From the NCBI RefSeq assembly GCF_018977255.1, contig NW_024704742.1:20896001-20960000 (forward strand): 64,000 nucleotides of DNA. Reading direction: 5' to 3'. The stretch comes from Callorhinchus milii. Taxonomy: Eukaryota. The notes below the pieces were generated by a model. It searched no databases and was not told the DNA's origin. It worked only from the letters and a program-made list of their open reading frames with translations. The position numbers and the translations under genes were made by a program. This document shows, in pieces, positions 12,753-26,307 of the stretch (positions within the stretch are counted from its first letter, which is position 1; every line of letters begins with the position of its first letter).

Positions 12753-15169
12753 GTCTTGGCTGACACCCGAGGGCAATGCAATGCTGGTGAAGCACTGCAT
12801 TGTCAGAAGTGCTGCACTTTGGATTAGACAACAAACCAAAGTTCTGTCCGCCTGTTCAGGTGGACATTGACGACCACCTGAAAATAGAGGGGAGTTTCTG
12901 CTGGTGTCCTGACCATCAATCCCCAGATAAAACTGGTCTTTCATTTCATGTCTGTTTGTGGGACACTTGCTGCACGCAAATTGGCTGCAATATTCACCTA
13001 CAATACACAGTCACACCACTTTACAGTAAATCATGTGAAGCGCTTTGCAACATTGACTGAATGATGAGACAAATGCAAGGATTATTATTTGTTATTATGT
13101 GTCGTTCTACAGAGGATCAATGTGGACTGTAAACACCAGCTGTGAGCGTGAGTGTCTTCCAGCACCAACCAGTTTTCCTCTTCAATGTAATTGATTCAAA
13201 CTTTTTCAGAAGTAACCTTCAGCATCAGTATCAAGCATTCAAGATCTGGTACAGCAAAGCCAGTAAAGTAAAGCTGGCTCTATTTTGTCCCTACAATGAG
13301 TCTAATCTATTAACGTTCACTACACTTTGCAGTATATCCTGTAAGATGTTTTGAGAATTGCCTCCCAACATGAAAGGCACTATATGAAATGCAAGGATCA
13401 TTTATTAGAATCCAACCTCAGAACACCTACATTATATCAGTGTGAAGTTGTACACTCCCTGCTGACAATATCGGTTTGACCTTTCATACAGAGTTAGCAA
13501 TTTACTTCCAAGAATGAACCACTTTGTGCTGTAATTCCCTATCCACTAAAAACCAAAATGAGCTAAGACTGTCCAAACTCATTTCAAAGCACTTATTCCT
13601 AATTCGCCTTCATTCTTAAATGAGTTACTAGTCAAACAAATAAAGTCTAGGCCCGCATTTGGTCTTTATTTCCACTTTAATAAGATTTTATCAAAGATAT
13701 CACTAAAAAATCTTCTTGTGACATATGAATCCACCATAAAGTCCTGTTACAGCATTGACGCCAGCCAGTGCAGCAAGCCAACACATAGAAGAAAGAAAAA
13801 CCATACAAAGCTTCAGTGGCTTCTATCAAGAGAACTGAATACCATCACTCAAAGACCAAGCCCAACAGTGTAGGAATCCACACATACCACATTATCTGTA
13901 ACAAACCCGTAAAAAACATGCAAAATTAAGTTAAACTTAAATACATGCAAGCCTACATAATTAGTAATTAATCAAAGTCTAATCATTTGCGTAATAGTTA
14001 TATAAACATGATTCCAATTGAAAAGCATCTGTTTTGATTTTTAAAAAAAAGAAAAATCTTTCAACTGTTACCCAAGGGATTATTATCCCCTCCCATTTCG
14101 ATGGAGGAATTTCATTAATGCCATATTAACAAGAAACGAGAGAAGCCTCGTCGTTTTCATTAAAAACGAAATGAGGAAATAAAGCACAGACATGAAGATG
14201 GAGTTTTGCACAAAACAGTAAATTCAATGCAATGGGTTCTTCTGATGCTGGAAGATTGTTTTAAAAAGCAAGAAAATTACAGGGTGAAATTGCTTTAGGA
14301 AATACGTTTTAAAAAGCAATGTGGCAAATAGCAATTAAAATGCACGGCAATGTACGTAGCCTTTACATTTTGAACAACCATCATGCATCTCATGGGAAAG
14401 AAGCAAACAGAGGGACCATAAACGTCAGATACCTTTTCTACACAGAACGAAATACAAAAACTTAAAGCTTCAAGAATAAAAATATGAGTAATCTTTAAGA
14501 AAAATGGTTTGATTCCATTATATACAAACAAGTAAGCGTAAGAAAAGTCCAAGGTTTGATCCAAGGCCATGTAAAGGAGTCTCTCCCCCAGCTCAGATGT
14601 GAATCCAGCATTGTTAAGCGTTTTCCGATGTCCGCCCAACATGAAAGGTGCAATACAAATGTAAGACTTCTTGGAACAGTAGTATCAGTAATGCTGCTTA
14701 CTGCTCATTTGCAGCCCACTGATTTCACCTGGCTATTCAGCATCACCAGATACTTTATGGAATATAATGCCAGTTTACCCCATTTCTCATCATATCTTCT
14801 TTGTTTCCAATGAGAAAAAGGCAACATACATAGTTATTAGAGGCAAGTGAAAGTGCTTTACGGATTACAATAGCTAAACACAATTGAATATGGGAACATT
14901 TGGAGCCAACCAAGCAGGTGTAAACCCATGCATCGTCACTACGAAGTTTAGCATTTCAGTATTCCAAAAAACTAGCCTCAAGGAAGACAATGCTTGGGAT
15001 CATGGCCCTCAACAAAGAATTAATAACATTAAATCAGAATAAGATGGAGAAAGCAGGCTGCTCTCCTGTACTGAGTGGTGAAGTGTACACATGGCAATGC
15101 CAAAGATGTCATATTCATTTCTACCCTGTGCAAGCACCTCCAACTCTCCAGTGTGACAGCAACCCTGTA

Positions 15170-16903
15170 CAATCTTGGAGGCTAAGGACAACCCCAGGCT
15201 CCTCTTCTCCATCACGAACCAGCTCCTCTCATGCCTCACCCATTCTCACCTCAAAAGCCAACTGTGGGGCGATGCTGGATTTCCTCGAATCCAAAGTCGA
15301 GGGAATCCGCTCAACTGTCTCTGCCGCTGCATCTGCTACTCACTGCCCATCTCCTCCGCCCATCCCAGCCCCCAACCACCACTCCCTCCACACCTTTGAA
15401 CAACAACAACAAAATTACATTTATAGAGCACCCTCTACTCACTGACATCGTAAATCTCTCCCTGTCCACTGGTATTGTTCCCACCCCTTTAAAAAAAAAG
15501 CTGTCATCACTCCTATCGTTAAAAAACCCTCCCTGAACCCTTCTCTACTCCCTAACTACTGCCCCATCTCCAACCTCCCCTTCCTCTCCAAGGTCCTGGA
15601 AAGAGTTGTTGCTTCTCAGCTTTGCTCCTTCCTCTCCCACCACTCCCTTCTCGAACCCTTCCAATTGGGCTTCTGCGCCGCCCACAGCATAGAAACAGCC
15701 CTGGTCAAAGTGACAAATGACATTCTGTCCATCTGCGACCAGAGCTCCCTCTGCCTCCTCGTCCTCCTTGACCTCTCTGCTGCTTTCGACACCGTCGAAC
15801 ACTCTATCCTCATCCACCGCCTCTCCTATGGCGTTCCTCAGGGCTCTGTCCTTGGTCCCCTCCTCTTCAACATCTACACGCTCCCTCTTGGTGACATCAT
15901 CTGCAGACATGGCGTCAACTTCCACGTGTATGCGGATGACATGGAACTCTACCTCTCTGCCTCCAACCTTGACTCCAGGACCACTGCTGTGCTGACAGAA
16001 TGTCTATCAGACATCAAGTCCTGGATGAGAGCTAACTTTCTTCAGATGAACGTCAACAAGACCGAGGCGCTCCTGATTGGCTCCTGTTAGCGCTCCTCAC
16101 CTCAGGCGCTGACAGCATCACCATCCATGGTTGCACACTCCACCTTGCTAAGCCCGTCCAGAACCTTGGGGTCTTGTTTGACCCTCAACTATCCTTTCTA
16201 CCCCACATCTGCACCATGACCCGCTCGGCCTTCCCACACCTCCGCAACGTCGCTCGGCTCCAACATTGTCTCACACCGCAGGCCGCAGAAACCCTCATAC
16301 ACGCCTTCATTACATCGAGGCTCGACTATGTAAACTCACTGCTTGTCGGCCTCTCCAACTCCTCCCTCCAAGGATGTAAATCATCCAGAACTCTGCAGCC
16401 CATGTCCTCTCCAGCACTAGGTTCTGGAACCCTATCACCCCCATCCTTGCCCAACTCCATTAGCTTCCCATCACACAGAGGATACAGTTCAAGATCCTGG
16501 TCCTCACCTTCAAAGCCCTCCATGGTCTTGCTCCCTCCTACCTCTCCGACCTCCTAACCCCCTACCACCCTGTTCGCTCCCTCCGTTCAGCGGGCTCCAG
16601 CCTGCTTCACGTCCCCCGCCTTGCTTACTCCACTATCAGCAGGCGGGCCTTCCGCCACTTTGCACCCACCCTCTGGAACTCCATCCTGCAGTCCCTCCGT
16701 CTCGCCTACTCCCTCGCCACCTTCAAGACCCACCTCAAGACCCTCCTCTTCAACCGTGCTTTCAATTTCCCTGCTTCCCGCCCGCCTTCCACCCTCCCCT
16801 AGCCCCACCCTCAGCTCGGGTCTGTAACTCTGTCTGTCCAGCGCCTTGGGACATCCTCCCGACATGAAAGGCGCTTTACAAATGTAATTTTGTTGTTGTT
16901 GTT
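15170..16903 (+). mobile_element. L2 LINE 3' portion with RT domain (internally deleted and frameshifted)
   Basis: [57 protein letters not shown]. 3' end gacatgaaaggcgctttacaaatgtaattttg(ttg)n. Confidence 0.95.
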
Positions 16904-17443
16904 GCAAAAGACAAAATAATAATCTATATCCTCTTTTCTTGCCTGATAGATAAAAGGCTCTGGATATGTACAGCAATAGTTAAAAATAAAATATCTTCAC
17001 AAAATTAGTATTTCACAATCATGATCATAATGCACAGGCCACAAAACTATTTCTATTTTCCCAAATTATACAATAAACTTTCCTCTCACCCTCCCTCTTT
17101 TCCCCAAACCACTTATTTTTCCCACAGCCTCTCTCAACCACAAACCATGCGGAGGAAGATACAATGCCTCCAGGCTTCCATTAATGCTGTTGTGACCTTG
17201 CTTACTTAGATTTTATCAAAATCACCAGAAAGCATGAAGGACTTAACAATGTCCCACTAGCATTGGAGGCCAGAAACTTGCTGATTCCAAATGCCCAAAT
17301 CAGCCAAGAGTGGCTGAGTCACTGTTCATAACACTTCAAACTTTTGGCTACCAAAAGATCTGTTTCAATGGAATCAATCAGTAATCACCAATCTTACATT
17401 TGCCATACTATAAGTAAAAATAAGCAAAACATAGCGTAGTTAC

Positions 17444-17579
17444 CTCTAGCAAGAGCTCATCTTTTGTTTTTAGATGTTGGGGTTTTCTTTTATCTCCCGT
17501 TTCTTGATCATCTTCACCCTCTGACATTAGCACCTCTGGTGGCTCAAAAGAAGAGGAAGAAGATGTGGAGTCCGAATCA
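17444..17579 (-). CDS. NAF1: NAF1 second coding exon (136 nt)
   Basis: Acceptor tttccctgtacag, donor GAG|gtaact. Its phase matches the previous exon. Encodes (S)DSDSTSSSSSFEPPEVLMSEGEDDQETGDKRKPQHLKTKDELLLE, containing the NAF1 hallmark LKTKDELL just before the Gar1/Naf1 domain. Synteny with NPY1R supports the call. Confidence 0.92.
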
Positions 17580-17989
17580 CTGTACAGGGAAATGAGTGAT
17601 TAGTCACACAGCAAAAACAAATGTGCACACAGGTATTGCAACATGATAGCAAACATATTCTAGCTGCAGAATATTCTAATCACAGTGGTAAATTGGAATA
17701 AAATCAAAACACTTGATTGGGTTTCAATTTGCCACTGTGCACATCAGACATTTTGACCCAATTACAATCTTTGTGTTTTTTTATTGTTGATGAATTGTCA
17801 TAGTATAAATTCAACACTTGCATTGGGCAAATTATCCCATCTAAAGCTGCCTGTACAACCAACAAGGTAACCATCTGGGAAAGAGCAAGAGTTGAGGATC
17901 CTCAAACTCTATACATTGGCTTAATTTTGCAATATTTATATAATCCTAATGGCAAAGGGAATGAAGCCAGCTCATTCCATCATTGTGAT

Positions 17990-18870
17990 GGAGAGAGAAG
18001 AATGAGTTAACCTTTCAGGTTGATAACCTTTTATCAGAATGGGGCATGTTGGAAGGGAGCAGAATATAAGGACAATAATAATAATAATAATAATAATCCT
18101 TGCATTTGATATAGCGCTTTTCACGTCGGGTGGACGTCCCAAAGCGCTTCACAGAACACACTGTAAAGTGAATTGACTGTATATTTGTGGGCGAACGTGG
18201 CAGCCAATTGCGCACAGCAATGTCCCACAAACAGTCGTAGATTGAAAATGACCAATTTATTATTCTTTTGTTTTTTTGGAGGGATTATTATTGTTATTAT
18301 TATTATTGGACAAGCAGAGAAGGGGGCAGGAAAAGAAAGACAAAGGAAAAATTTAAGTGGGGGGACGGAAGATGACAAGGTCAGAGATGTCATGGTGCAA
18401 GACAAAAGAAGCCAATAGTGGGAGATTACAGAAAGAAAAGATACATCTAAGACCCAGAGGATGTGTGAATCATTATAGAAGCGGTGGAGGGCGGCAGAGA
18501 GAAGATGTGATTTAAGATCTGAAGTGGTTGAAATCAATGTTGAGGCCACAGGACTGTAAGGTGCCTTGGAGGTAGATGAAGTGCTGTTCTTCGAGTTTGC
18601 ATTGTGCTTCATTCGAAAAGCGTAGGAGGCCACGGACAGAGAGGTCAGAGTGGGAGTGGGAAGGAGAATTAAAGTGGCAAGCAACCGGAAGCTCAGGGTT
18701 GCACTTGCACATGGAACGGAGGTGTTTGACAAAGCCATCACCCAATCTGTGCTGTATGACCTGCTGAGTGTTCGGGGCGAGTTCTGTTTTTGTACCCAAT
18801 CTGTACTTGGTCTCCCCGATGTTCAGTTGTATTCTGCAATGGAAAGCTGCGATCATCTATGAAACGCTGT
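17990..18870 (-). mobile_element. Penelope-like element 3' part (GIY-YIG endonuclease C-terminus plus terminal repeat), interrupted by a SINE at about 18072-18307
   Basis: NIGETKYRLG..DGFVKHLRS..PVACHFNSPSHSHSDLSV.GL..KLEEQHFIY..GTLQSCGLNIDF. Hammerhead-like motif at 18004-18040. Confidence 0.85.
18072..18307 (-). mobile_element. SINE 3' half inserted in the Penelope element
   Basis: (aat)n tail and core. Confidence 0.88.
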
Positions 18871-20029
18871 ACATTATAAAATCGAGATGTCAGAGCAGAG
18901 CCAGCTATAGTGCACAGGAGGAATGGGGAGAGGGTAGAGATTTTCCCAGTGCAGTGAAGAGCTGAGAGAATATGATATCCTATTTAATACCTGATACTTA
19001 ATATCCTACTGAGATATCACCTATTGCAAAAGTATTGTGTATTAGATTATGATTTTAACATTTTCTTCACTCTATGCTTGTAATTATCTCTGACTGAAGA
19101 TATTTTCTCAAGATAACAGAGATGATATTTTTTAAAAATCACAAAGCGTTTGATAATTGTGCAATGTTTCAGGGTTGCACATCTGATACACTTAAATTAT
19201 CACTCTGACTTGACAGCCTTTTCAGATCTTTACAGATGTCATATATATGACATAAGTTGTATCAAAATTGGTTCTAAAAGCCCCAAAGGCTGAGTGCTCA
19301 AATTTTAGTACTAACATCAACACTGCTGGGGTAAAATGCTGTCCAGGTCTATATTTACTCTATTAGCATAGCATTTTAGAGCGTATAAAATTTGTTGAAT
19401 GGTTAAATACAGCCTTAATTTTGAAACCACTCAATTATTTCAAGAGTCCGTAGAAAACAGTCTTCAAACTAAAAAAAACTGAATTCAGTAATTTGCCAAA
19501 TTCTGCACAATCTGAATTGCTACATTAAATAGATTATATTGAGACATAGGTGGCATTTCTACCTTCTCTCCCTTCTCCCTACCCTGATCTCTGGATACTT
19601 TCATACTGAAACAGTATAAAAGTTGTGTTACAATAACACAACTTCTATACTGTTTCTTACCGGAGGCAAGCCTGACTAACATGGAAACTTCTGCTATAAA
19701 ATGGCTTGTTTTTTCTGTCTCCGATTTACAATTGACCTGACTTGAGATGGATCAATGGTTTTGGATGGAGTGAGTGCTGAATAAAAAGTGGCATGTCCGG
19801 ATGTGATTCAGCATGTGACATCAGTTGCCGATGTCCCATTTTGATTGACTGCCTTACCAGACTGAATTTACTCTCTGAGATGTTAACCTGCGTGAAGAGT
19901 GCTCTAAATGCAAGTTTTGTTGCTGAATTGAGTAATAACACCCAGATCAACATGAGCGCCTGCCTTCAACCATAATCTGAGGCCTTCCAAAGAATGTCAG
20001 TGGAATAAAAGGCTTTCTCCGTCGTAAAC

Positions 20030-20560
20030 TTATTTTACAACCGAGAAGGATGCATCTGGCAGAACTGCCTCAAAACGCACCACAGTTGAAGCGTGCTGAA
20101 ACACCTATCCTTCATAGAGAAATTTCTGAAGAACACCATCTCAGACCCTTGCGCAATTACCAAGCGGTCCCCAGGTAGTTGAAACAGTTAGAAGGGGGAG
20201 AGGGCAGACCCGATCTGGAGTTACCCTGAAGCGACTGCCAGCTACGTCACCGGCCCTGTCCAACAACCATCAGGATGCGGCCTGGCTGGCGATAAAAAGG
20301 GCCTCCCTCTCAGCGCTTCCATGCCAGTCAGCTCTGCCCTCGGACTGGCTGCAGAGGCGAGGTGACCGTGGACCACCTCTTCCTGGAGTGTTGGTACGCG
20401 AAGGCGCTTTGGAAATAGGTACAATGGCTGCTCTCGCGGTTCGTCCCTGGGGATCCGCTGCCACTGCATTCGATGCTACACGGCCTCTGCCCGGGAACTC
20501 ACAGCGAGACCTACATCGAGTGAAGCTGGAGGATCATCAACTCGGTGAAGGAGGCCCTCA
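20030..20560 (+). mobile_element. Tx1-clade non-LTR retrotransposon C-terminal fragment (zf-RVT region), followed directly by an L2 3' end (20560-20762)
   Basis: Frameshifted peptides HLSFIEKFLK, NNHQDAAWLAIKR, CPRTGCRGEVTVDHLFLECWYAKALWK, GLCPGTHSE..WRIINSVKEAL. Confidence 0.75.
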
Positions 20561-21539
20561 CTCCCCGGCGCTTCCGCAATCTACCCCCGGCGCTTCCGCT
20601 CGACTGGCACTGGCCTCCTGCTCGTCCCTCGCAACCTCCGCTCCACCATCACAGATCACACTTTCAGCCACTACGCCCCAAAACTCTAGAACGCCCTGTT
20701 GAGCGCTCTGAGATGCTATCCTGCGTGGAGGGCGCTATATAAGTACAAGTTGTTGTTGTTGTAATGGGCCTGAGATAAGCGCAAATATATATCAACAAAT
20801 AAACATATTTTTTTTAAAACAAATCCTCTCTTCATGGATGCTGCCTGGCCTGCTGTGTGTTCCCAGCGACTTCATCTTTTGTGGCCTTTCATTTCCATGT
20901 GAGAAATTGATTTAACTGAGTTCTACTTCAGCTTTATCTCTTCCTCCTGCCCTCCCTCAGATACCCAAAGTCTAATGATGATCATCTGCAACAAACTGAT
21001 AGAATTTATCTCGGAGCACAATCCATAAGGCATATTAATTCATTAATCCTGCGAGCAAACACACACAATTATACACCACATTATTTCCAGAGAAACCTGA
21101 ATAATCCTGAAGGTCAAGTAAGAGCAACCTAGTTTCCTTGTGTTATACAACGGGCAATTAAAACCATTAGTGCCATACCCTGTGAACAGTATAAACAGGC
21201 AGCAACACACTTCCCTTCCAGGTTTTAAACAATCAGACTATTAAACTAATTATTTTGATGTATAAACCTGAACTCCAATCAGACAACCAGATGTTTACAC
21301 ACCTATCAACCTGTTATTGCTGCTGGTTACACCAAATCAGAAAACACATTTTATTTGTGTCTTCATTCCCATGCAACTGATGTCTAGACTGGAACAGAGC
21401 AGAGAAACCTCACTGCACCCCTCTCTGCTTTAATCCTCAGGAGATTTCTATATACCTGTCACCATTAGGCTTGCACTCCAATGCCTACACTGTATTGCAG
21501 TGTATCATTGTGCTGAGCAGCATTTTTTAATTAATAAAA

Positions 21540-22100
21540 GAACTTGCACTTATACAGCACCGTCCACATAGAACAAATGCCATGAAACACTCAACAAATA
21601 TGATTGGGAGCACCCAGTATAGCCAACTGAGGATGCTCACCAAAACTGAGGTCAAAAAGATATATTTTGAGATAGTTCTGATTGCAGAGAGGGGAAGTGA
21701 GGTGAAGAGGTTCTGGAATAGAGTTCCAGGGGACAGGGCTTAGAGGTTGAAAGACGGTCAGACAGAGAGTGAGACAGGAACAAAAGGGTAGAATCAAGAG
21801 GAAGATATGTGCGGATACAAGGGTTGGAGGATATCACAAACGTAGGTAGAGGAAGACCACAACGGGTTTTGAAGATCTTAAAACTCAATTAGTTGAGGTA
21901 CTGGGAGCTAGTAAAGCATGGTAAAGAGAGAAATAGGTTTGCGGGATGCTAGATGGAGAGAACACAGGCTGCAGAGCATTGAATGAGCTGGAATCTGTAA
22001 TGGGCAGAGCTATGCAGCAGTCCAGGAGATTATTGGAGAAGACTACTCTTGAGGTGAGGAAAGCACAAATGGGGCATTCAATAGTGGAAGACGTGAAGTT
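21540..22100 (-). mobile_element. Degenerate L2 3' fragment
   Basis: LKIYLFD, WNSIP and FKIFKT remnants. Confidence 0.6.
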
Positions 22101-24022
22101 GGTTCAAGTCTGAAATAACCGAGAACCTTTCAGCTGCAAACTTCATCGAATATCCAACCAGAACCATCAAAAGTATTCTCATTTTAAATTAACAGCATTG
22201 TAATTTTCCTGTTAGTGCTTAGAGCCGATTGATCGTCATTCACAATTCACCTTCCAAAATGAAACCACCGTCACTAGTAGTCTAAACAATAATAGACAAT
22301 TGTGCCTCAAGTGACTGTCGAAAATCAATATTCAATGATTACATCCAACAGCAAATGATGGATCAAAATATGTTCAATGCAACAAAACAATAAAAACAAG
22401 GTTCATTCAGTGTTGCATACATTTTGTGAGCAATCAGTGGGCTCTAATGATTCCCGGGGAACCCTGAAAGGAGCCACTATTGAGGTGTCACTGTTCAAAG
22501 CTGTACACAGCTGTAAAGCTCCTGAATGGCTCGCTCAGATATTAAAGATCAACTTGAAATTTTACCCCTGTAGCAAAATAAAAAATGACTTTCTACAGTA
22601 GTAGAATATTACCTCTCACATTTGCTGCAGTTTGATTTCATAACAAGTGATTAAATATAAATATAAAATATGCAAAGCAGAAGTTATTTTTGGCATCGGT
22701 GACCCAGGGGAATTTATCCTTTTATTCAAACATCAGCCACAACTGGGAATCAGACTCATTTCCTTGTGGACTAAAGTGCTCCAGCCTACTATGCAATTCA
22801 CGGTCACTCTGTATATTGTGAGTCAGTGGAACATTTTCTATTTTAGATATAATAGTCTGATACTCTATGTCACAAAATCATCATTTTAATATAGGACAGA
22901 GCTACAGCTATTCCTAGTACTGCAGCTGAAAATGGCTTTGCACTATTGCAACAACAGTAACGTTTCAAATTGATGGAGGCTCACAGATTGACAATGCTTC
23001 ATCCAATGTTTGTGTAAACAAAGAATTAAACGGCTCGTCTTTAAACAACTACCAAGGACATCACCTCATTACTCTTTCTATCTCATCAATTAGTCCAATT
23101 TGCACCTTCGCTGCTGGGCTCTGTGCTTCCTCCTATTCAACTGCTTTTGCTTGAAGGTAAAATTATTGAGGTCCAACAACAACAGTTGGTGTTTAGAAAG
23201 AAGTCCTTACATCCAATCTATAACAACAGCAGCTTGCATTTATATACCACCATTACAAATGACCTGCACACCCAAACTAAACATGATATGACCAACAACA
23301 ACTTGCACTTGTGTGGGTCTTGCACATAGGATGCGAGTATCACAGCACTTCACAGAGTCAATGAGTACCACTAAGCAAGGAGGCAACGAGGAAGATTTAA
23401 GAGTGTTGACCAAATGCAGTCAAAGATCAAACATAGATGAGGGAATGGCAAAGACAGAGAGGATCCAGCACTTCTGAAAGAGCATTTAGAGCAACCACGT
23501 ATGTTTAAGCTGAACTAGTGGTGTGGAATAACAACAGGGTGAAAACATTCAACTTCAGAGGATTCACACATTTCACAGAACAAGCTTATAATTTTGTTGG
23601 CTTGGTTGAACAATGTGTTCCTGCAAAATAAATTTTGTCTGTTCCACTTGTTGAAAATCCAGTATAACAAACCACAGTGACCTATAATCAGTGAACACAG
23701 AGATGGATCACCACAGCACACCAACAAACTAATCGGCCCACCAAGTATGCGATGGTGTCTTCCTCCATTTTAGCCACTTAATTTAATCTCATTATCCCGT
23801 TTCATCCATGGGCTCTTTAATATTCTTTTCAAACATCTAATTTCCTAATAAAAGACTGGCGAACTTTGTTTTAATAGTTTATAATCGCAGAAATGTACAG
23901 CATAGAAGAAAGTCATTCGGTCCATCATTTCTGTGCTGGCTCTTTCAAAGAACAAGCCATCCAGCCCCATTAACCTGCCTTTTGCCATAGCCCTCCTGCA
24001 AATGAACCTTTTTAATGATCTA

Positions 24023-26307
24023 GTAGAAAAACGGTTTTGTGGTCACCTCAGTAATCCAGGCACCTCACAATTGCGGAACATTTTCACAGTCTCTTTTATT
24101 GTCCATGTTAAAAGGTGGGTCGTCTGCTTCAGTAAACAGGGCACCTCACTAATCAGGACAACGGTCATTATTGCAGCCGCTGCAGCACCGTTCTCCTGTA
24201 CAAACACCCTCCCCCTCCGCTACTAACCTGTACACAGTGCACTAGGCCTTGAGCTTCTCACGCTGTTTGCTCGGCGCTGCTACTGTGGGAGGAGTGGGCT
24301 CAGTCGCACATGCGCGGCGTGGGCAGTGTTGGGATTGCAGAAGCGACGCGAGCGGGAAATTGACTTCGCCCGGCACCCGCAGCCTAACCTGAGCCCCTGC
24401 AGCCAATTCTTAGTAATTGCTGTAAACATGCCACCACAAAAGGAGTTGTCCTGACATGGGAGAGTGGACTTAATCAAAAACAGTAAAAGTAACCAGTCAT
24501 AGACAGTTAGCTGTGATCTGTGGCATTGGCTCAACACAAGTTGGAATGAATTCTCAAAAGGAAGGCTGAATACATGACAGCTTTTGAACAAACTCAACAG
24601 CCTGATAGAAAACATGCTTGTTTGAACTCTCATTGTAAGGACATTGATAAACTGACATGGGAGTGGTTCCAACATGCCCGTGGTCTCAACATGCCTGTGT
24701 CTGGCCCTAGGATACAGAAGAAAGCACTCAGCTTTGCAGCTTCACTTGGCAAGACTGGCTTCAAGGCATCAAATGACTGGCTTGTACATTTCATGTCCAG
24801 ACACAACATTGGGTCTGCAATTGCGTGTGGTGAAAAGTGTGAAGTTAAGTCTGCTATTGTTGACAACTGGAAGGAGAAACTAACTGAGATTACAGCTGGC
24901 TATGCACCCAAGGACATCTTTAACATGGATGAATCTGGTTGTTTTCAGGGCTCTCCCTGACAGGAGCCTTTCAGTTTGTGGTGATAGCTGCACTGGTGGG
25001 AAGAAATCCAAAGACTGCATCACCATGTCTTTGACAGTCAACACAGAGGGAGATTTTGAACAGACAGCTGTGATAGGATAGGCTGCCACGCTCCATGCCT
25101 TTAGGAATTTAAACATCAAGACTCAGCTTCCCATCTCGTGGTACAGCAACAAAAAGTTATGGATGGCCAGTACCATTTTTATGGAGTGGCTTCAGAACTT
25201 CAATAGAAAGATGCGGGCACAAAGCAGGCATGTGCTGCTGTTTCTGAACAATGTCCTAGCTCACCCTCACAGCATTTCTACAATGTCAAGTTAGTGTTAT
25301 TTCCCAGCTAACACCATATCCATTCTCCAGCCCCTACATCCAGGGCATCACCAAGAATGTCAAGATGCACTACAGGAGGAGTCTTCTACCCATGGTCCTA
25401 GGAGAGATGGCCAAAGGTGTACGGGCTTCACAAGTCGCCAAATCCATCAACGTTCTTTATGCAGTCACCTGGATTCATTCAGCATGGTGCGTAGATCAAC
25501 AGTGCAGAAGTGCTTTGCCAAGGCTGGCTTTAGTGGGATCCGTTACTGTAAAGTGCTCTGAGATGCCACCCAGCGTGGAGGGCACTATATATATCCAAGT
25601 TGTTGTTGTTAGTGTGGATGAGCCTATGGAAGAGGACCCTGATGATAATGTGCCACTTGCCCAGTTGTTGTCTCAGGCCAGTCAGTGCCCGTCAATGGAT
25701 ACCCCTATCCTCAGTGCCGAGGAATATGCAGCCAGTGACAGTGATGTGCCCTCCACTGAGGACTTCAATGTGGGACAGGAGGAGTGTCTAGTGAAGGAGT
25801 TTCTACCAGGGACCAAGGACACTAAGGAACAGGACACACTATAGAAGGAACAGGAAGAGCAACCGACAACATCAAAGAACCTTCTCACTTACGGTGATGC
25901 ACTGGGTTTGTTGGGACAAGTGAAGGACTTTTGCCTTGATCATGGACTCTCCGTGTGGCAGAATTTGGCTGATGCTGAGGTTTAGCTGCAGGCCAAGGCA
26001 GTGCAGGTTAAATCAGCAGCCAAGCAAACAATGCTGGACTCTTTATTCAAGAAATGAACATTTTGTGTGTTTTTATCTTCTCACGTGAACTTTAAATACT
26101 GATCTATTTTAAATGTGACAATGCCTTTATTTTAATGAGATTGCAAAGTATGGTTGTTGAACGTTCATCACCCTTTTCCATTACCAATGCCCGAAACATT
26201 ACGTCAGTGACCTGAATCACCTGAACTGTTTCAGTAATCAGGTCACTTCACCAAGTAGGTCACTTTTGCCCAGTCACTTGAGTGACTGCATTAGTGAGGT
26301 TCTGCTG
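24023..26307 (+). mobile_element. Tigger/pogo DNA transposon relic with a disrupted CENP-B/DDE transposase
   Basis: Frames read WEWFQHARGLNMPVSGPRIQKKA...FKASNDWL...F.SRHNI (HTH) and YAPKDIFNMDESG (start of DDE), with many stops and frameshifts. TA flanks at 24021-22 and 26308-09, degenerate TIRs. It splits a CR1 fragment. Confidence 0.88.

Noticed and set aside
24428..26060. Possible domesticated TIGD/CENP-B-like gene
   Set aside because: It has an early stop and multiple frameshifts, an L2 insertion, and retained TIR/TA ends, so it is a dead transposon.
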